Shown one piece after another: positions 10,223 to 19,230 of a stretch of DNA of 64,000 bases. This DNA comes from Thermofilaceae archaeon (GTDB taxonomy: Archaea > Thermoproteota > Thermoprotei > Thermofilales > Thermofilaceae): assembly GCA_038861545.1 (NCBI GenBank), contig JAWCCZ010000002.1, forward strand, positions 206,434-270,433. Direction: 5' to 3'. Made by a program: the position numbers and the translations under genes. The notes under the pieces were generated by a model. That model was given only the letters and a program-made list of their open reading frames with translations. It did not search any database and was not told where the DNA came from. How positions within the stretch are numbered: position 1 is the first letter of the stretch; each line of letters begins with the position of its first letter.

Positions 10223-13200
10223 CCCCCAGCTTTTTCGATATACAGTTTTCTATCTTCTTCTTTTAGAGAACGCCAAACTAGCAGCCGTTTCCTGACCTCA
10301 TCTACAAATCTCAGGTGATTAGCAATCCAGAGCTGGCGAGGGCCTGAAAGGTGTTCACTAGTCAGGATAAGGCGAAATCTTAGTTCGCGTGGGCCTTTCC
10401 TAGCAATTAGCTGAATGCGCTCTTCAACTCCTAACTCGTATGGCCTTAGTCGAACCCTCATATCTGATATGTAGGCTGTCTCCCTTCCTGACACGCTCTT
10501 AGAGTATGAAAGCCCAGTCACCATAAATGGCTGGGCTTCGCTACCGTAGGCGCGAAGGGATTCTCCAATGAAAGCTAGTAATCCTCTCGACTCAGCTTCA
10601 TTCCTAACGGTGAAAGGTAGCGAAATATCCCATCTACTTCCTCTAGGTCCAGAGGATGGCCTCCACTTTCGCTCAAGGGAAGGTACAACGATTTTCGATG
10701 CCATGTAGGCGGGGTAGACAGATGCTGTAACCACAGCTAAAATCGACACCAAGATACTCGTCACCACAGCTAGAGATGCATAGTTAAGTAATGGACCAGC
10801 TGCAACAGGTCCTAAAGCAAGACCTAAAGTATACCCTAGCGGTGCACTAAGAAAAGCATATGTGAGAACTTCTCCGAAGAAAACACCAGCCGCATCTCTC
10901 GGGCTAGCACCCACAGTAGCGTAAACCTGCATGTCCCGCATCCTTTCATATAAAGTTCCTAGAACCACTGACACTAACATTAGGAAACTTATCACCATAG
11001 GCACAAGTACAAACTGCCATCCTCCACCTAAGTAAGCTACTTCTCTTCGTAGATAAAGGAAACTGGAGCCTGGAGCTTCTTCCGTAGCTGCATATACATT
11101 ATGGGAATAGAACCCTATATACTCACTTAATTCATTGGCAACTTGCCTTATTAGATCCTTATCGTTCGACAGTAAAGCTACAGAAAAGGGATACCCACCT
11201 AAGCGCATGGCAAGCTTATATGGTATGTAAACAACCCCCCAATATGCCCGCTCCTTGATTGGCCCCGTTTTAAGGGGGTCAAAAGGTACGATTGGCTGAC
11301 CGTCTAAGTCATATATCGTTCTAAGCAGTCTGCTGTCTATAATTCCCATTACAGTAAGCTCCATGCCGTAAAGGTATACCCTGTCACCTGGCTCTAGATT
11401 CAAAGTTCTGGCTATATCATCAGTTACATAGCATTGAAACTCATCATCAAGCGTGAACCATGGACTTAATGCCTCTATAATTACATTCTGGAGTTCTAAA
11501 GCTTCAGCCTCAGCCTTAGATAAGCCGATTATTCCGCTTATTAGCACCGACTGGCCTGCAATGTTAAACAAATATATTCTCTGAGCTGGAATCCAAACCC
11601 TTGGGACAATTTTCATTTTTTCACCGTAAACCGTTGTCAAGTAATCAAGGAAAATAGGGTTGATTGGCTGAAAAGCTTCTCTACGTGTAACTAAAACTCC
11701 CGTGTAACGTGGGCTCCAAGTTACAGCTGGCTGTCCTGGTGGAGGTAAAGTAACTGTAACCCATGTGGAAGAGAGAGCGACAAATGATACTGTCGAGAAC
11801 GTCACTAACGTTACGCCAATAATTGTAAGTACAGTCCTCATATGTCTTCGCCTCAGGTTCTCCACTCCTATACTGATAGCAGTCATGGTCAACGATAACC
11901 TGTCAACGGTAACGAACATAGGTCCCATAAACCTGCTACGTATTTCTCTCACTATATTGCTGAATTCGTCAAACATTAATATCATCACAGGGATAACTAG
12001 TATTAGCGAAGTAGCGCCGAGAGCCGTTAGGAAAGAGTAACTCGCCACTTTAAATCCAGGATGAAGTAAATACTGAATTACAGTCAGCGTTAACATTATC
12101 GAAACCAACGCTATTAACCGTTTCTTTCCCTCATAGTGTAGCACCAATCTTTCGAACATAAAGACGAATGGTAAATTAAGCAAGAAAAAGAAAACCATTG
12201 CAACTCCCGTATCAATCACCATTGACTTGCTTTTCTCATAAGCATAAAGTGCGTAGTACCAAGCTTGTACGGTGTAGGCATAGTAATCGCTATAGCGGTA
12301 TTCCATCAGAGCACTTTCAGCGAGCTCGAGATTTCTAAGAGCTTTTCTATAGAACTCATCTAAATCTGCTGCTGTGGCCCCCATAAGACCTGCGCCAGTG
12401 AGAGCTTCAACCCTTCTTTTCACGACAGCTAGCAGATCTCTTGTGACTCTGAGTATCGTGGGAGCCGTATCTAAATAGTTAAAGGACACCGGCACTCCTT
12501 CCTCGTCGTTTATGAGTAACCCAATCGGATTCCCCCCACTGGTGAGAACCATCTTAATGCAGATATCCTTTGGAACAAATACCACAGCTTCGTAACCTGA
12601 GGTTGGATCAGTTAACGTGAATCTCCCTTCTGGTTTTTCAAAAATGGGTGGCTCTGATACAACATAGCTGTAACTTGTTAACCCTATACCTGACCTGTCA
12701 AGTATTTGTATACCCCCAACTGGAGGGGTCAAGAGGGAACGTGGATCAAAGAACTCATGCAGCGCTAATGTCGCCGACCTAAAGACTGCCAAGTTGACTA
12801 ACTTTCTACCGCTTCCATCAATTAATTCTGTTTCAGAGGTAAAGAAGGTGTAACCGTAGGGCCAAGATCTCGTACCGTAAACACCATAATCTGGAGCAAA
12901 AACTATATCGCCGGTTAACTTATCAATGATAAAGGGTAAAACCTGGTACTTAGCCACCGGCACTGCCCATCCGACACTTGGCGTCAATCCTTTCAAAGTA
13001 AAAGTCCCGTCCCTATCAGCAAGCTCTACCCATTCATGCCCAAGAAGATCGTTTCTCTCAAGAATCTTTACGTGTAGGACCATTTGATACCTTTCCTCTC
13101 TCAGATAGTCATGCCAGCTGTAGTTGTACCAGCCATGCTTAATATCCCATCTTCCAACCCTACCTTTCACAACGGTAAACCCAAGACCTCCTGTTTCAAA

Positions 13201-14790
13201 GTGCGTATGCGTTGGAATAGCCCTTCCCATAATTGACGCTTTGTCATAACTAATCCAAGATATATCATCTATTATCGCCCTAGCTAAGACAAATGAAAGT
13301 TCTACCTGAGGCCATAGGTTCTCAAAGTTTAATTTATCTAATGTGTCGAGGGGAGTTCCGTAAAGCGGCCGTGCAGTTAATGCTGTTGTAAAAGTTATCC
13401 CCCAAATACCCACTTGAGCTATAACAGCTGCATCAAAATGTCCTGGAGTTTGCAGATAACGGCGGTCAAGCTGTAAGCCAAAAGCAGTATACGTAAGGTT
13501 CCCAAGGCGTTCTTTGAGTTTTTCCCTAAGCTCGTCGCTACCCAAGTAGTATGTTCCAGAGCTCTCATTATACCTGCCATACCTACCCCGTGTGAAAAAG
13601 AGTGAGTAAAGGTCGTTATAACCGTACCAAGAATACCATACCTGTACACCGTAAAAAGTGCTTCCCGCGACAGCGGCAATAGCTCTCGATTCGGTTGAGA
13701 AATCAAAGCCAACGGCGAACCATAGTGTGTATGAGGTCAAGGAAGAGGCGTCGTTGCTACCTATGTGGCTGTAATGCCAAATGAAGCTAGAATTCTGGAT
13801 ATCTCGTCGATGCCAAACAAAATTCCTAGCACCTGCCATAGCTTGAGCGTGGCCTGATAGAGCTACGAGCCAAACAGACCTCTTAGGTGGATACTCTTTT
13901 AGAATCCTCGCAAATTCTAGTAAAGCTGTGATTCCTCCGGCTTCGTTCGCACCTGGAGCCAGTGCCGGTACTATAGAGTTGGAATCATAGTATGCTACTA
14001 CGACAACTGCATTTCGCCACTCTGCAGGATCGGTCCCCTTTATAACCGCGACTATGTTTTTAGCGGTAACTCTTTCCCACGTCATATTGACTACAACACG
14101 CGCCTTAACTTTCCCAACGCCGTAGTTTCTGATAAGTTCCCTCAAATAACCGGCATCACCACTGCTTATGTAAATTCTTGGGAATTTCACGGGGATATCC
14201 AAGCTTTTATGCTCAGCTTCACCTCTTAAGGTAAATACCGGTTCAATGAATACTACAGCTTTAGCACCAAGTCTCATAGCGTTAAGCCAATTATCTCTAG
14301 AGTTGAACTCCATTAACGCAATGCTACCGTTAATAGGCAATCCATTCAACTCCTCAAGCGACCCCTCACCAACGTACACTAGTGGACCTTCAAAAACCCC
14401 GCTGCATGTTTGAACGTTATTGGGTAAAAGGGCATAAGCTTTAATCTCCCTGTAAGTGGGGTCAAGAATAACGATCTTTGAGCCCCAATCCATTGGTATA
14501 GTTACGTTGTATTCTTCTACAAAAGTTTCTAAGCCCAGCGTGCTGTTAAAGTAGTCGAATATGTAGTTTGCTACCTCAATGCTTCCAGGATAACCGGTGT
14601 ACCTACTCCGAGAAGCTATATACCTTAAGTGTTCGATAATTTTACTACGATTAATCGTCAGCAGGGTAGTCTGTATAATGTTATCAGTTTCAGAGAACTC
14701 AGCTAGAACTCCTCTAAATAAACCTGCAGGATACGGTAAAGCCGATAAAATTAATACGAGCACCAAAGCAAACTTCAACCACTTATACAT
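10210..14790 (-). CDS. Large fusion: signal peptide, PA domain, degenerate M28 peptidase fold, then MacB/FtsX-type ABC permease
   Basis: SRYTGYPG (M28 N-terminus); GPLVYVGEG...GSIALM...GAKAVVFI (PA domain); NIVAVIKG...AYYDS...PGANEAGG (M28 fold); NLRRRHMRTVLT (MacB TM1); LYERMRDMQVYATVGASP (FtsX). Confidence 0.8.
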   Translation of the reverse strand: MYKWLKFALVLVLILSALPYPAGLFRGVLAEFSETDNIIQTTLLTINRSKIIEHLRYIASRSRYTGYPGSIEVANYIFDYFNSTLGLETFVEEYNVTIPMDWGSKIVILDPTYREIKAYALLPNNVQTCSGVFEGPLVYVGEGSLEELNGLPINGSIALMEFNSRDNWLNAMRLGAKAVVFIEPVFTLRGEAEHKSLDIPVKFPRIYISSGDAGYLRELIRNYGVGKVKARVVVNMTWERVTAKNIVAVIKGTDPAEWRNAVVVVAYYDSNSIVPALAPGANEAGGITALLEFARILKEYPPKRSVWLVALSGHAQAMAGARNFVWHRRDIQNSSFIWHYSHIGSNDASSLTSYTLWFAVGFDFSTESRAIAAVAGSTFYGVQVWYSWYGYNDLYSLFFTRGRYGRYNESSGTYYLGSDELREKLKERLGNLTYTAFGLQLDRRYLQTPGHFDAAVIAQVGIWGITFTTALTARPLYGTPLDTLDKLNFENLWPQVELSFVLARAIIDDISWISYDKASIMGRAIPTHTHFETGGLGFTVVKGRVGRWDIKHGWYNYSWHDYLREERYQMVLHVKILERNDLLGHEWVELADRDGTFTLKGLTPSVGWAVPVAKYQVLPFIIDKLTGDIVFAPDYGVYGTRSWPYGYTFFTSETELIDGSGRKLVNLAVFRSATLALHEFFDPRSLLTPPVGGIQILDRSGIGLTSYSYVVSEPPIFEKPEGRFTLTDPTSGYEAVVFVPKDICIKMVLTSGGNPIGLLINDEEGVPVSFNYLDTAPTILRVTRDLLAVVKRRVEALTGAGLMGATAADLDEFYRKALRNLELAESALMEYRYSDYYAYTVQAWYYALYAYEKSKSMVIDTGVAMVFFFLLNLPFVFMFERLVLHYEGKKRLIALVSIMLTLTVIQYLLHPGFKVASYSFLTALGATSLILVIPVMILMFDEFSNIVREIRSRFMGPMFVTVDRLSLTMTAISIGVENLRRRHMRTVLTIIGVTLVTFSTVSFVALSSTWVTVTLPPPGQPAVTWSPRYTGVLVTRREAFQPINPIFLDYLTTVYGEKMKIVPRVWIPAQRIYLFNIAGQSVLISGIIGLSKAEAEALELQNVIIEALSPWFTLDDEFQCYVTDDIARTLNLEPGDRVYLYGMELTVMGIIDSRLLRTIYDLDGQPIVPFDPLKTGPIKERAYWGVVYIPYKLAMRLGGYPFSVALLSNDKDLIRQVANELSEYIGFYSHNVYAATEEAPGSSFLYLRREVAYLGGGWQFVLVPMVISFLMLVSVVLGTLYERMRDMQVYATVGASPRDAAGVFFGEVLTYAFLSAPLGYTLGLALGPVAAGPLLNYASLAVVTSILVSILAVVTASVYPAYMASKIVVPSLERKWRPSSGPRGSRWDISLPFTVRNEAESRGLLAFIGESLRAYGSEAQPFMVTGLSYSKSVSGRETAYISDMRVRLRPYELGVEERIQLIARKGPRELRFRLILTSEHLSGPRQLWIANHLRFVDEVRKRLLVWRSLKEEDRKLYIEKAGGWFA

Positions 14791-14839
14791 AGGTAAATCA
14801 CCATCAAAAGTAAAAAAGATTCTAAGATTTTAAAACATT

Positions 14840-16885
14840 CTACCTGCCTTGTATAGCGAACACTATACCCCTAGCTGGCAGGTAACCGATGAAAGCACCT
14901 ATGAATAGGCCGAGGAACGCTGGAAAAGCTTTCTCTTCATAGAACTTAGATCCAAAGATCTTAAGTATTAAGAACTTAATTACGTATGCTACTAAACCAT
15001 AGAGGAACGCGTAGAAACTCACGGAGAATAGCATTAATCCAACAGGGTTAAGTGGGAACCAGGCGAAACGCATCCTAGCAAAACCCATAGCGAGCACTAA
15101 TAGTACACCGAGTAAAACATTCAAGTAGAAGTACGGAGCTTTATCTCCTCCATAGGGTCCGAAACCTCCCTTCATTAAACCGTCAACCGTAGCGGGCCAT
15201 ACCAGCTGCTGACCAGCCCACCAATCCGCTACATAGTTTTTCACACCAACGTTCGAGATAACCTGAGCTAACAGCGTGAAAGTCAAGGGTACAGCAACTA
15301 ACGTTGCTATTAATTGTGCTATAAAGACTTCTTTAAGGTCGGTTTTCGTGGACTCGGCTATGCTCATAGCTTCAATACCAGCAATACCATAGTTCCACTG
15401 TGCATACCATTTCTGACCTGGCCCCTCTACGAAATTCCTTGTCACGTAAAGGTGTAATGCTTGTTCACCAGTTAACGGAGTATAGAAGCCAGGAGCTGCA
15501 CCTACAGCTACAGCTAGATGATAGAAACCGTTTGACAAGATATCGCTGCCTCCTGTCCACGGTCCCCAATTCCCTGCCATAAAACCGGGCCAGACGTCTC
15601 CTCTTATTCTAATCTGGGTGAACAACGAGAATGCTAGAACAAAAACTGCATAGAATGCTAACAGGGGATGTGCACCAGATACAGACATGAAAGCAAATAA
15701 CAGCGCAGTTGAACCAATTATCATTACCCATATAGTTCTGTAGGACAGCGGTACATTACCCTTGCCGCCCCTAGACAAAGCCTTCAACGTTCTAGTTAAG
15801 TGGTGTCTCGCCATCCATATGGTTAAAATACCAATGCCTATCCACACACTGTGATCAAGTATAACCTCAGGCATTATTGGTGGAGTATCCATACCCATAG
15901 TGTAGAAGACCGGCCATTCTGATGATCCAAACATCGGCTCTCTAAAGCCTCCAGCAACCGCTATTATCGGCCATATTATCCAGAATACAATGAAGGCGAC
16001 TATACCTGTTAACAGTATGTCAAGTGGGAACAAAAGATAGTAGCTTAAACCTAAGATATCTATACTCCATGCTATCAGAGCATTAGTGAAAGGAGTTGGT
16101 AATTGTCCAACATAAGACACATCGTAACCTATGTATGAGGGTATAGATTGTTGAATAGCAGGTACTAATTCGACACCAGGTGGCCCTTGCACATTTATTA
16201 AAAGCCCAATTGCGAAGGCGACCCAGAAGAAAATAGATTTCCATAGATTTGGTATCCTACCTCCCTCCTTTACAGTTGTACTTTGAATTGCAAGCCATTC
16301 AGCAACTCTTGCTAGTGGATATTCAAGCCTTTCAACTTCGAGGAACTGCTCCTTGTAAAGTAACGCGATACCATATGATAACGCGAAAAGCATTAATTGT
16401 ATGAAAGTGAAAAGTATAACTGTAGGGAAAAGCGCGCTTATTGGAGCTCCTCCGTCCCAGAGCTGGTCTTTAAGACCTTTTGGTACCCAGAAACCGGGAA
16501 CAGCATCCCAGCTTAACACGAAATCAGACTGAAGGATGCCGAAAAGATACGAAAATGTAGCTAATCCTACACAGAAAGGCACTGGCACCATACTCCAGAT
16601 AATAGCATAAACTATGGTGTTTTCCTGTGCAGAGAGCCGCTTTCTAAGTATTAATGAACTTAGTAGACTCGTGATAACTAAGGTCAAGAGAAAGACGAAG
16701 TACTGAGTGCCAAAGAATACCATTACTCTAAGAGTCCGCCTAACCGATAATCGCGGCCACCAGTATAAAGGTAGAATGAAAAGAATTCCAGCCACCAAAC
16801 CTATTAGAAGAGCTCTCAATGTTAATCCTTTAGGCCTCACCTCAACTGTGGCTCCAGAGGTGATTTGAACACCTTCTGTGCTCAT
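14840..16885 (-). CDS. DUF6785/DUF6784-like OPT-related multi-pass membrane protein
   Basis: GLTLRALLIG, LSAQE, EQFLEVERLEYPLARV and C-terminal RMRFAWFPLNPVG motifs; highly hydrophobic. Confidence 0.68.
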   Translation of the reverse strand: MSTEGVQITSGATVEVRPKGLTLRALLIGLVAGILFILPLYWWPRLSVRRTLRVMVFFGTQYFVFLLTLVITSLLSSLILRKRLSAQENTIVYAIIWSMVPVPFCVGLATFSYLFGILQSDFVLSWDAVPGFWVPKGLKDQLWDGGAPISALFPTVILFTFIQLMLFALSYGIALLYKEQFLEVERLEYPLARVAEWLAIQSTTVKEGGRIPNLWKSIFFWVAFAIGLLINVQGPPGVELVPAIQQSIPSYIGYDVSYVGQLPTPFTNALIAWSIDILGLSYYLLFPLDILLTGIVAFIVFWIIWPIIAVAGGFREPMFGSSEWPVFYTMGMDTPPIMPEVILDHSVWIGIGILTIWMARHHLTRTLKALSRGGKGNVPLSYRTIWVMIIGSTALLFAFMSVSGAHPLLAFYAVFVLAFSLFTQIRIRGDVWPGFMAGNWGPWTGGSDILSNGFYHLAVAVGAAPGFYTPLTGEQALHLYVTRNFVEGPGQKWYAQWNYGIAGIEAMSIAESTKTDLKEVFIAQLIATLVAVPLTFTLLAQVISNVGVKNYVADWWAGQQLVWPATVDGLMKGGFGPYGGDKAPYFYLNVLLGVLLVLAMGFARMRFAWFPLNPVGLMLFSVSFYAFLYGLVAYVIKFLILKIFGSKFYEEKAFPAFLGLFIGAFIGYLPARGIVFAIQGR

Positions 16886-17276
16886 CGATTACTAAATAAG
16901 AATTATCCGTTTATATAATTTTCCATAATTTTTTTAAATAGATTTAAGTCAGGTTGGTCTAAATATCTCTATATTTTTTGAAAAAGGTTTGAATAACCTA
17001 ATTAAGAAAAACTATTACTGATCATTATGCTAAAAATTAACGGATATTTTTATTTAATAATTCCCTAGCTGTATAATTGCCTACTTAATTAATATTAAAC
17101 TTAAATTTTTAGCTTATAATATTCATCTTTATGATGATGTTTAATTTCAAATTTATAAAATTATCTAAACATCTTCTCTCTATTTAAAAGCTTAGAAATA
17201 ATACTTTAAAAATAAATATTTTAACTAACTATTCTAACCGAAAATCATATTAACTTGAAAGATTAATCTTATTGGA
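16886..17276. promoter_or_regulatory. Very AT-rich divergent promoter region; TATA box TTATATAA at 16911-16918 serves the minus-strand operon
   Basis: Sampled 60-mers have 13-22% GC. The TATA element lies 26-33 bp upstream of the ATG at 16885. Confidence 0.6.
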
Positions 17277-17648
17277 ATGATCTATTTAACAGAGGAAGAA
17301 TTTCACCAAAGAACCCCCTACACGGTACAATATAATGTAGACCTTGAGGGGCGGTCAGGATTTAACCATCGATTTGATGCCTTGATCAGGTATATGGGAA
17401 ATAGCCTGGGAATAGTTTTCATTGACCCAATAGTGTGGAGGAAAGTTATAATACTTTTAGTGATGGAGTTTGATTCTCTGGTAAGCTTAGCTGTTATAAC
17501 ACAAAATGTGGATCAAAAAATTAGACACTTCCTAGAAAACCAAGGAATTATAATAGCTAAAAGCATTGAAGAGGCTGCCGCGATTTTTCGCGATTCCTAT
17601 TTAATTACATCCCCCAAAACGGCCCAAGATAAGTATCCTAGCATTTAG
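17277..17648 (+). CDS. Hypothetical protein, restriction-endonuclease-like (PD-(D/E)XK-type) fold candidate
   Basis: LEGRSGFNHRFDAL resembles the G-x-S-G-x-x-H-x-F-D signature of archaeal Mrr-like domains. Confidence 0.5.
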   Translation: MIYLTEEEFHQRTPYTVQYNVDLEGRSGFNHRFDALIRYMGNSLGIVFIDPIVWRKVIILLVMEFDSLVSLAVITQNVDQKIRHFLENQGIIIAKSIEEAAAIFRDSYLITSPKTAQDKYPSI

Positions 17649-17685
17649 TCAAGCATACTTACAAACGTTTTCAGTACAACTTTAG

Positions 17686-18876
17686 TTACTCGTAACCCTC
17701 CTTACATTTAGTTTGGTAAAGCAGGGTTATAATTGTGGGTATAATTAGAATTACGGCATTGGCCAAGATCGTAGTTTTTAGTCCAAATCGGTCTGCTATA
17801 ACGCCGCCTATAAGCGCGCCTAGTATCCAGCCGACATTCATAGCGGTGTTTCTGAGACCGATTAAAGCTCCTCTAGTTGAGGCAGCGGCTATTCGTGAAA
17901 CATAAGCTAGAGTTGAAGCTTCGAAAAACGCGTAAGCAATGGCTCTCGTTATTTGCGCTACAATCAAGTAATTCCAAGAGGAAGTAGCCACGTAGATCAT
18001 GTATGTTAACATCAAAGTCAGGCTGGAAAATACTACAGTTTCCTTCATCAATCCCCTATCGACGAGCCTACCGCTTATCACCATAAATGGTACTTCCCCA
18101 AAAGCCGCTACAGCCCATAGTACGTAGGCATCCCCCAGGTTATAGCCCAAGCTCGCGACGTAATTAGGCCATACACTTGTCACAGCCATAAACGAGAAAG
18201 ACCATAGTACCAATATAACTAAGAAATGCGAAAACCTTTTGACATTTAAGCTTTCGCGTCGAGTGGGTTGGCTTTCCTTATCTTTGAGAAAAACCGCCAA
18301 AGGTAGTGAGAAAACGCTTAACACAGCTGAAAAGGCGAAAACCAGAGTACGCTCTCCCAAAATAGCGGAGGTAGCAATCGCTGCTACGGCGAAGCCTATC
18401 GACCCCATCATTCTAGCGATACCAGTGGCTAAGCCTACGCTTAAGCCCAGCGTTGCTGCTTGACCGCTGACCGCCGCCGGTATGCTGGTGTAAACAGCGG
18501 CTGAAGCTATGCCCTCTAAAGCCCTTAACCCGATAGCGTGAAGGGAGTTCCCCATATAGGGTAGCGCCAAGAAAAATACTGCCTGCAGAGCGAAACCGAT
18601 GAACGCTACAGGAGCCCTTCCGATCACATCCGACGCCACACCCCACGCGTACTGGGATACCATTCCCGCTAGAGTCGAAGCCGCCGACGCTGCGCCAACA
18701 GTAGCGTAGGAGCCCGTGATAGCCTCGATGTAAACCGGAAGAAAAGGTATGTATAGGCCTCGAACAGCGAAGTAGAGCGTGAAAGCCATTAATGGCGGGG
18801 TTAACTTTGCGAGCGACGCTCTGCGGCTGGACATGCGACTGCCTTGAAAACTCAGGTACAAAAGAGTACTTCTCAT
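17686..18876 (-). CDS. MFS transporter
   Basis: About 12 TM segments; GVASDVIGR and GVIADRFG motif A variants. Real start probably at MSSRR. Confidence 0.88.
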   Translation of the reverse strand: MRSTLLYLSFQGSRMSSRRASLAKLTPPLMAFTLYFAVRGLYIPFLPVYIEAITGSYATVGAASAASTLAGMVSQYAWGVASDVIGRAPVAFIGFALQAVFFLALPYMGNSLHAIGLRALEGIASAAVYTSIPAAVSGQAATLGLSVGLATGIARMMGSIGFAVAAIATSAILGERTLVFAFSAVLSVFSLPLAVFLKDKESQPTRRESLNVKRFSHFLVILVLWSFSFMAVTSVWPNYVASLGYNLGDAYVLWAVAAFGEVPFMVISGRLVDRGLMKETVVFSSLTLMLTYMIYVATSSWNYLIVAQITRAIAYAFFEASTLAYVSRIAAASTRGALIGLRNTAMNVGWILGALIGGVIADRFGLKTTILANAVILIIPTIITLLYQTKCKEGYE

Positions 18877-19214
18877 TCCGCCTTGTGCGGCTTAGCGGTT
18901 AACCACATCTCCTCTGCTTCTCTTAAAACCTCTTCTTCGCTCCTACTGCTTTCCAGTACTTGATACTCTGCATAGCTAGGCTTCCCCTCCTTTAGCCTCG
19001 ACCCGATCAGTTCTACAGCTCGCCTGGTCGGGTGTATAGCCACTGACGCATAGGCCCTCACAATCGCTGCTGCCGTAGCCTCTTGGAGGATGATTGTTTG
19101 ATCGTCCAGCTCCAAGATTAACCGCGCATGAACATGTCCTTCGGGTATGAAAACTACGATACGCTTTACGTCCTCATTCCTGTAAATTTTTAGGCGCATA
19201 CAGAGATGTAGCAC
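18873..19214 (-). CDS. Conserved hypothetical protein
   Basis: 113-aa ORF that abuts both neighbours in a same-strand run; FIPEGHVHAR and HPTRRAVEL. Confidence 0.7.
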   Translation of the reverse strand: MLHLCMRLKIYRNEDVKRIVVFIPEGHVHARLILELDDQTIILQEATAAAIVRAYASVAIHPTRRAVELIGSRLKEGKPSYAEYQVLESSRSEEEVLREAEEMWLTAKPHKAE

Positions 19215-19230
19215 ATTGTTTTAAAACTCT

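Noticed and set aside
16886-17276. Replication origin
   Set aside because: AT-rich, but no ORB-like repeats and no cdc6/orc1 or whiP gene adjacent; kept only as a regulatory region.
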